Source of the DNA: the human T2T-CHM13v2.0 reference genome, Homo sapiens
Length of the DNA stretch: 64,000 nt
Direction: 5' to 3' (one strand)
Assembly: GCF_009914755.1 (NCBI RefSeq)
Contig: NC_060941.1
Of this stretch, positions 57,121 to 64,000 are shown piece after piece. The first letter of the stretch is position 1. Each line of letters begins with the position of its first letter. The notes beneath the pieces were generated by a model. The model saw only the letters and a program-made list of their open reading frames with translations, was not told the DNA's origin and made no database searches. The position numbers and the translations under genes are program-made.

Positions 57121-59337
57121 ATGAGAGAGAAGAAAGGGAAAGGAGAGAAAAAGGAAAAGGAAGAGAGGAAGGGAGGAATGGAGGGAGGAAGAAAATAGAA
57201 TGGGAAATATTTTTTGGCAGTCTTTTTAGAAAAATGCAGTCGGCTGCACTTTGAATCAGTGGTTGGTTTAGGAGAGTGGTCGAGTAACACTTCCTATCTG
57301 GAGAATAATGTATTATCTAATCACATTCATAGATCTTGGAGTTCTGTATCTCATATCACAGTTGAGAAAACTAACACCCACAAAAGTTGTGACTTACCCA
57401 GGTCATGATTAGTGGCAGATCTGGGAATAGAACCTGAGTCTATTTAACTACCCTGGCAGATTTTTATTCAGTACGTCCGGATGAGCATTGGGAAATGCAT
57501 GTTTTTAATACATGTACAAGGTGAGTCTTATAAGCAGACAAATTTGAAGAACACTGCTACAGCTTACTGCACACTGCTGCAGTTACAGACTGGCACATGG
57601 GCAGCTTGTTACAGAAATTCAGAAGGGTGTGGTTGCATAGCCTGAATATTTAAAGCCTTCTCCAAATGGAAGACATTATTATTAGTCCATAGCCTGGGAG
57701 TGCAAACTAATCTCCCTGGATAATGAGAATGACTAGTCAAGTTCCCCATCCTGCCCTTGAGAAATAGGAATCAGGTACAGACTTGTTGGGGATAATTTAA
57801 TCCATGCTGGTGTGCTGGCATGCTGCCTTTTTTCCGTCGCATGATTCCAGAAGAAAGTAACCTGTTGCCACAAGCAGAAATCGTTCAGGTACCAGCTGCA
57901 AATGTGAACTGGCAGAAGCGAGAGAGCCCTTCATTATGCAATTATCCATAATTAGGTGCTCATTACTACTTTATCATCAGGGAGCCAGCTCCCACCTGTG
58001 CAGGATTGTCGTGGGGACTGGCAAGCAGAGTGGAACAGAGCTTTGCTTGTTCTCTAGGAACGTGACATCTGAAATCGGCAGTTTCAACCTGCACATGGGG
58101 AGAGGCCATACTGACATGCAGACAGATGCAGACACATGGAGGCCAACTATGTAAATTATGCAGATGTCATAATCCTGGCATTCACTTAAGGTTTTGCTTG
58201 TGATAGATGCATGATAGAGAATGGGGGTGGAAGGGAAGCGGCCACTGCTACTTTATCCTCAGTTAATTGAGAAATAGTTTATATTCAGAATAAAATGTCC
58301 TTAAGCCAGAAATAAGAGCTTGAAGTGGTGAAAAGTGGAAGACTCAGAATTTGCTTTACCTTTTCTTTGTTAAAAAAAAAAGTCCTCATTATTAAGTGCT
58401 TCCTGGCCAAATTAAGAGCAAAGACTCTTTGTCATTTTATGTCCTGCCGTATATTACCTAGCAAACACCAGACTGTCAGTAAATGTTTCCATAAATGGGG
58501 GTGGCTGGACAAACAATGTTAACAGATGAAGGGAAGATGTGCAGAGAGGGTCTTGCTTTAATGCATAGAGAAAAAAACGTGATTAGCTTGTGAAATACTC
58601 ATAAGGAAACAGGAAAACACAAGTCCAAGTACTTAAACCAATTATATAAAGAGGGGCCACTTTTCCTGTATTAATAAGCACAAGTGATACAAAGTATTAC
58701 AGATCTTGAATTCAAACCGGAATCAGTAAGGGATAACAGGCATACATTCAGTGTGGTGAGTTAAGCACCGTCGCAATCTCAGTTTTCATTAAAGTAAAAA
58801 TATTGGGGTTTCTTGTATCCCATAAATGATAACTGCTCTGCAGAATTATCCATGCTTCCCTGCCTTCCAGAAAGGAAAAAGCATATGAGTAAATTTATTG
58901 ATTTATGTACATTCTACAGCTTCAGTAGTTAAAAGATTCTGGTGTTACTGGCACCAATAGACACAGGTATCTTTAACTGAATGCAGGTTTAGAATTAGCC
59001 TCAAAATATATAGGGGTTCTGGAATTAGACAGTGGTGATAATTGTACAATTTTGTGAATATACTAAAAACCACTTAATTTTAGAATATGATATAAATATG
59101 AATTCGGAATATGATAAAGGTGACACTTCTGAAATTTCTAGATAACATTGGTTCAAATGAATTGATAGCGTAGGAAAAAATAGAGCATCCCTTTGCTTAA
59201 TATACCAAATTTATTGAAAATGTATATATTGAATAAAATATTCTTTCTACAAAAAACCCAGGCAAACTATTTTTTATCATCCTATTGTGGGAGGGCCTTT
59301 TAAAGCATTATAAAAATCTTCCAAACTCAAACTGATA

Positions 59338-59525
59338 ATTTTATTATTTTTTTCTTTCAACTTTTACTTTGGGTTCAGGAGGTGTATGTGCAGGTTTGTT
59401 ACATGGGTAAATTGCCTGTCGCTGGGCTTTGGAGTAGAAACGATCCCATCATCCAGGTAGTAAGCATAGTACCCCATAGTTTTTCAGCCCTTACTGCCTC
59501 CCTGTTCCTTCCTTCCCCTTCTAGA
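59338..59525 (-). mobile_element. L1PA13-16-like 3' end inside an older L1M fragment
   Basis: ttcaacttttactttgggttcaggagg...gtgcaggtttgttacatgggtaaattgc; flanking aaactgat repeat. Confidence 0.8.
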
Positions 59526-59889
59526 AGTCCCTACAAAACTGATCAGTTTAATCACATAATTTAAAACTCATAATACATAGCAAAATTCTTTTTAAATGCT
59601 ACATACAAAGTCGAGGCAAACAGTATAAGGGGAAGAAAAACTTACAGCATGTGATGAAGGGCTAATTTTTGTGACATGCAGAACTCATACGGATCAATGA
59701 AACATATAACCTGACAGACAAACAAAAACGTGTATACATGAACAGCTCACAGAAATAAATATCAATAGCAAACAAATACATTAACTCTTATTCATAATTA
59801 AAGTAGCAAATATAACCATGCAATGCCAGTTTTTAACCTGTCAGAATTGGTAAATATTAAGATTTATAGGTGGTAAAAAATATATAGTA

Positions 59890-60090
59890 TCTTAAATCAG
59901 ACTACCCTTGGGTTCCAAGCTTGGTTTCACCACTTACTAGCTGGGTTACCTCAGGTAAATTACTTAGCCTCTCTGTGCTTGACTCCTCTTCTATAGAATG
60001 GAAAAAAAATACTTACAAAGTTGTGAAGAAGATAGAGTGAGAAAATATACAAAAAGCACTTAGAAAAGAGCCTTTCACATAGGATGCGCT
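59890..60090 (+). mobile_element. MIR
   Basis: gggttccaagcttggtttcaccacttactagctgg...ttacttagcctctctgtgc. Confidence 0.8.
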
Positions 60091-60187
60091 AAATAAATGT
60101 GAGACTTTGAAGGAGTGTGCAAAAAATAGCTACAATTTTGATTTGTTGGGAACTTAGAACAATCTCTTTGGAGGACAGTTAATGATA

Positions 60188-60466
60188 TCTTTCTTTCTTT
60201 TATTTTCCTTCCTTCCTTCCTTCCTGCCTTCCTTTCTTTTCTTTCTCTCTCTCTCTTTCTTTCTTTGATTTTCTTGAGACAGGGTTGTACTCTGTCACCC
60301 AGGCTGGAGTGCAGTGGTGCCATCTTAGCTCACTATAATCTCCATTTCCTGGGCTCAAGTGATCCTCCTGCTGCCTCAGCCTGCTGAGTAGCTGGGACTA
60401 CAAACAGGCACCATCGCACCTAGCTAATTTTTTGTAGAGATGCGGTTTTGCCATGTTGCCTAGTCT
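60188..60466 (-). mobile_element. AluJ, truncated, with (TTCC/TTTC/TC)n tail
   Basis: gagacagggtt...ctgggctcaagtgatcctcc...tttttgtagagatg. Confidence 0.88.
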
Positions 60467-61974
60467 GAAATATCTGACTATATTTAAGTTCACATACCCC
60501 AAGCAATGACTCAGCCGTGCCACTGCTAGGATTTAACTATAGGGCTATATTCATAAAAGTGCACTGAATTATCTGTGTAGGATTGCTTACTGGAGCATTG
60601 TTAGTAATCAATCACAAAATGGGAAACAAGTTTGTCAATATGGAAGCTGCTATTAGAATACAATGCAGCTCTCAAAAAGTACAGGGATTGTTATGCATAA
60701 ACTGATAAAAGATCTCAGAGGTAATTTTGAGTGAGACCAAACAAGGTACAAGATTTTATATGAGGATGAAATGAACTTGTTTATATAATTAAAAATATAT
60801 GAATTATTAAGGAAAAAGAACTAAATTATATTTATCTCCTTTTTTTTCTTCTTCTCCCACATGCAGAGAATTTAGTTTCTCTAAAGGTCTGTGCTTTTTT
60901 TATATTCTCCTTCTTGAAAGAGCACGAAAGCTACTAGAGTGTCAGGCTCATGAAGGACACTAATGTGGGGTCCAGGTATGTGGAATTGGAGTCCAGTGCT
61001 TGGAGTTAGAAGGGTAGAAGTGACTCATTCCAGAAATTCAGGTGCTTGTAGAGCCCTCAAAGACTGAAAACCTAGGGGAATTAGGTTTTGCAGTTTCCAT
61101 GAGCAGTAAGGACTTAAGGCTCCTCCCCCAAGAAGGGGGCTTTTTATCAGATGGGACTGGGTAGAGGGTCCCCAGGCAGGCCAGGCAAGGAACAGAGAGG
61201 CTATCAGGCTTGGACATTGCCCTTGAGCCTAAAGTAGAGATCAGTTTCTCTTGCTTTCAAGAAAACGTAGAAATCCAGACAGTGATCACATCAAAGGTGA
61301 CCAATATGGACTGAAGACCAGAGGATCCTTCTCTGAGTCATCTGGACAGCAGAAGACTGTAAAGATTCCAATGCAATGTGGGGAGGGAGAAGGGCCCCCC
61401 AAAACGTGACTTGGGATTTAATGTCCCTGCTACCAAAAAGATGGCTTTGGTGTCCAAGGATTTGAAAAGACGAATTTTAGTTTTTACCTTTCCATATTCT
61501 TTAGAACATTAATATATAATAATAGTATAGAAAATGTATATACTTGCAATATAGATAATTTGTAAAGAAAGAAGCTTGGTATGAAGAAATGTTTTATAGG
61601 ATTTGAAAGTAGAGTAATGTTCCTTTGGGTAGGGGATATCTCTTCCAGGACTCTTGATTCTACCTTCTGTAATGTGGAGACAGCACCTAACTTACTCCTT
61701 GGGTGGTTGTGAGATTGAATGAGATCTTTACGCAATCTCTATGAGATCTCTATATCCCTAGCATCTGGAAGATGATAAAGGGCTGCTAGTCATATTCTAT
61801 GAAGCCACAAACAACTGCCAATAAGGGTGGGGGTCCTATTAGAAGGAGGAGTTAATGCTTCATGTGTCTTTCTTTTAACGTATGGTCCCCAACATCACTA
61901 TAAGGACAATGGTGGCAGAAAGGGCAGGGGAATCTTAATAAAGCTAAGTTTTTTGTTAAGGGGACTTATCATGT

Positions 61975-62225
61975 GAACATTTGCCCTGGCTATTTCTTCT
62001 GCCTGGAAAACTTTTCCCTTAAATATTCACTCAGGTAACTCCTTCACCTGTAAGTATTCTCTAAAATGTCACTGTAGCCTACCTGGATGATCCTAATTAA
62101 CACTGTAATCCCCTTGGCACTCCCAATGCCCATGACCTTGTTCTAATTCACCCCTAGCCCCATAGTTTTTAATCATCTAACAAGTTACATATTACATTTG
62201 TTTTCTAATTGGTTCACTTCTCTAC

Positions 62226-62267
<42 letters not shown>

Positions 62268-62380
62268 CCTCAGTCTGCAGGCTGCATGCAGGAAGGGATT
62301 TTCTTCTGCTTATGATGAATCAGAAGCATTTAGAAAAGTGTCTAACCCATGATACATGCTCAAAAATTAGTTGAATAAGG
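61975..62380 (+). mobile_element. L2 3' fragment containing (CA)n
   Basis: gctatttcttctgcctggaaaac...tgcaggaagggatttt...atgctcaaaaattagttgaata. Confidence 0.65.
62224..62266. repeat. (CA)n microsatellite
   Basis: About 20 CA/TA units. Confidence 0.95.
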
Positions 62381-64000
62381 AAAATTGTGAATGCCTCTTA
62401 TTGCTTCTATATGATACCCTTTAATGTTAGAATCTATGTACTGTTGTTACCATTACAAGAATAATTAGTGATCTTGATCTTTAGGATGGAAAAAAAGTCC
62501 AGACTAACAGTAGTGATGGAAAGAATTTGACATTTTGTCTACTCTCCTCTCTGCCTTGAGCAGTCTTTGTAACCTTGGAAGTCATTTCACCCTTCGGGAT
62601 TGGCATGAAAATCTAAGACGTCTATCTCTAATATTTCACTTTCAATAACTCACTATAGAAGTGGACATGCCAGATGCTGGCTGCATCCTTTATGTGTAAT
62701 CTCACTGGGTGATATTAATTGGGATGAATAGGGCAGTAATCTTCTTTTCTTGGGAAAGGAAGAGACTGGGCACCAAAAAACCTGATGAGAAGTGATATCA
62801 TCAGCAGAGAGGTGGTAATAAACTGAACTAAGGCAGTGAGATTTGAAAACAAAAACACAATCTTAAAGCTGTTAGGCTTTAAAACTCCAGGGTGTTCCAT
62901 TTGCCCTGTGCCGTAAAAATGACAGAGTTGGGTTAAGGGTTCTGTACCCCTTATTAGCCATTAGCATTAACAACAAAGATGAAAGACGTTAAGGGCAATT
63001 TTTGTCACTGAGATCTGAATTTATTTTCCTTCACTGAATCTTAAATTAGTAGTTAACTGATGGCAAGACCTGTACCAAGAAGGTCATGTTTCCAGCCAAC
63101 ATTTCCTAAACCCATTAGATATCAGTATTCTACAGCCCATAAATTTGGAAGCTGGAGTCTGCCAAGACCAAGACTAACAGAGGGGGGGAATATCATACAC
63201 ATTCAATCACACTATCTTAAGTTTATCTTTTAGAAGCAGATGTTAGCCTATCTCTTGCATCCAACAGGATGCAACATAAGAAGAGCTCATGGATCGGAGC
63301 TTTAGTGTAGAAAATCCTTTTAGTTTTTGATCTTTTCCTTTTCCAGAAATACTGTCAGTTCCTGGGAACCATTATCTACTTACTAAGGTTTAAGTGTTAC
63401 TTAGATGTCCTAGGTTACTATTAAGCTAAAATCCAGTTGAAAAGAACAAAGAAAGTTTGTTTGTTTGTTTGTTTGTTCCAAACAAAGAAATTGGTTGGAG
63501 TGGTCCTGAAAGACTTTATATATTCCATTTTGGTCCAGGGAGGTTTTTGATTCTACCTTACGCTTCTAAAAGTCTCAGCACAGATAACAGTTTCCCAAAT
63601 AATCTTTTTACTTAGGCTGCCTTTTAAATAGCATGACACTTGTTTGGGGGGAACAATAGAGACCAAGGAAAGGTATTAGCATTTATTTCATACTAATTGT
63701 TTATAGGACACTGTGCTTTCTCATATACTAGGATTTAATTTTCCCAATAGCGTTTTTTGAGAGAAATTATTCCCATTTCACAGATGAAACTATTGCCTAC
63801 AAGCACTGGAACCAGCAGCAACATCATAAGCTGGTCTGGGAACCCCAATTTGAGAACCATATACCTAGACCTTGCTGTCTAGTCTTTGATACTTCTGCTT
63901 GGTATGCCGTCATACCTTTGCTTTATTTATTCATTCAACAAATACTTACTGAATTTCAAGTATATTTCAAGCACTATGCGAGGTTCAGGATGCGTAAGTT

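Noticed and set aside
57120-57200. Purine-rich tract with H-DNA potential
   Set aside because: Imperfect low-complexity GA run at an LTR edge without good mirror symmetry.
60930-61490. Possible ancient LTR-like segment
   Set aside because: I could not match it to a family or define termini with enough confidence.

Overview
This is repeat-dense primate nuclear DNA, most likely human because it carries a young AluYa5-lineage insertion. I can support no protein-coding gene, RNA gene, CpG island or processed pseudogene. The ORF track is explained by Alu, L1 and LTR translations and random open frames. The window contains about 20 Alus (J, S, Y, Ya5-like and a free monomer), old and young L1 fragments, many solo LTRs (MER57, LTR16, MER39, LTR33, LTR41, LTR12, LTR47, MLT1, MST, THE1), an ERVL internal remnant, hAT DNA transposons, MIR and L2. 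Subfamily names come from recalled consensus sequences and should be confirmed with RepeatMasker/Dfam; boundaries of old elements are approximate. Standard repeat annotation does not explain several things: (i) a 39-bp inverted duplication in an old L1 that folds into a fully paired pre-miRNA-sized hairpin on the minus strand (21924-22013); (ii) a 67-bp near-identical direct repeat 1048 bp apart (23699/24747); (iii) a twin-priming-type inverted old L1 (33893-34983); (iv) an LTR12 promoter with six CCAAT boxes and a canonical TATA box, upstream of strong plus-strand splice sites; (v) a chain of consensus minus-strand splice donors suggesting a spliced non-coding transcript; (vi) a strong CTCF motif in LTR41 and a perfect DR4 plus ARE motif cluster. 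I could not identify the locus and see no evidence for a wholly new multi-gene system; the findings are testable hypotheses.
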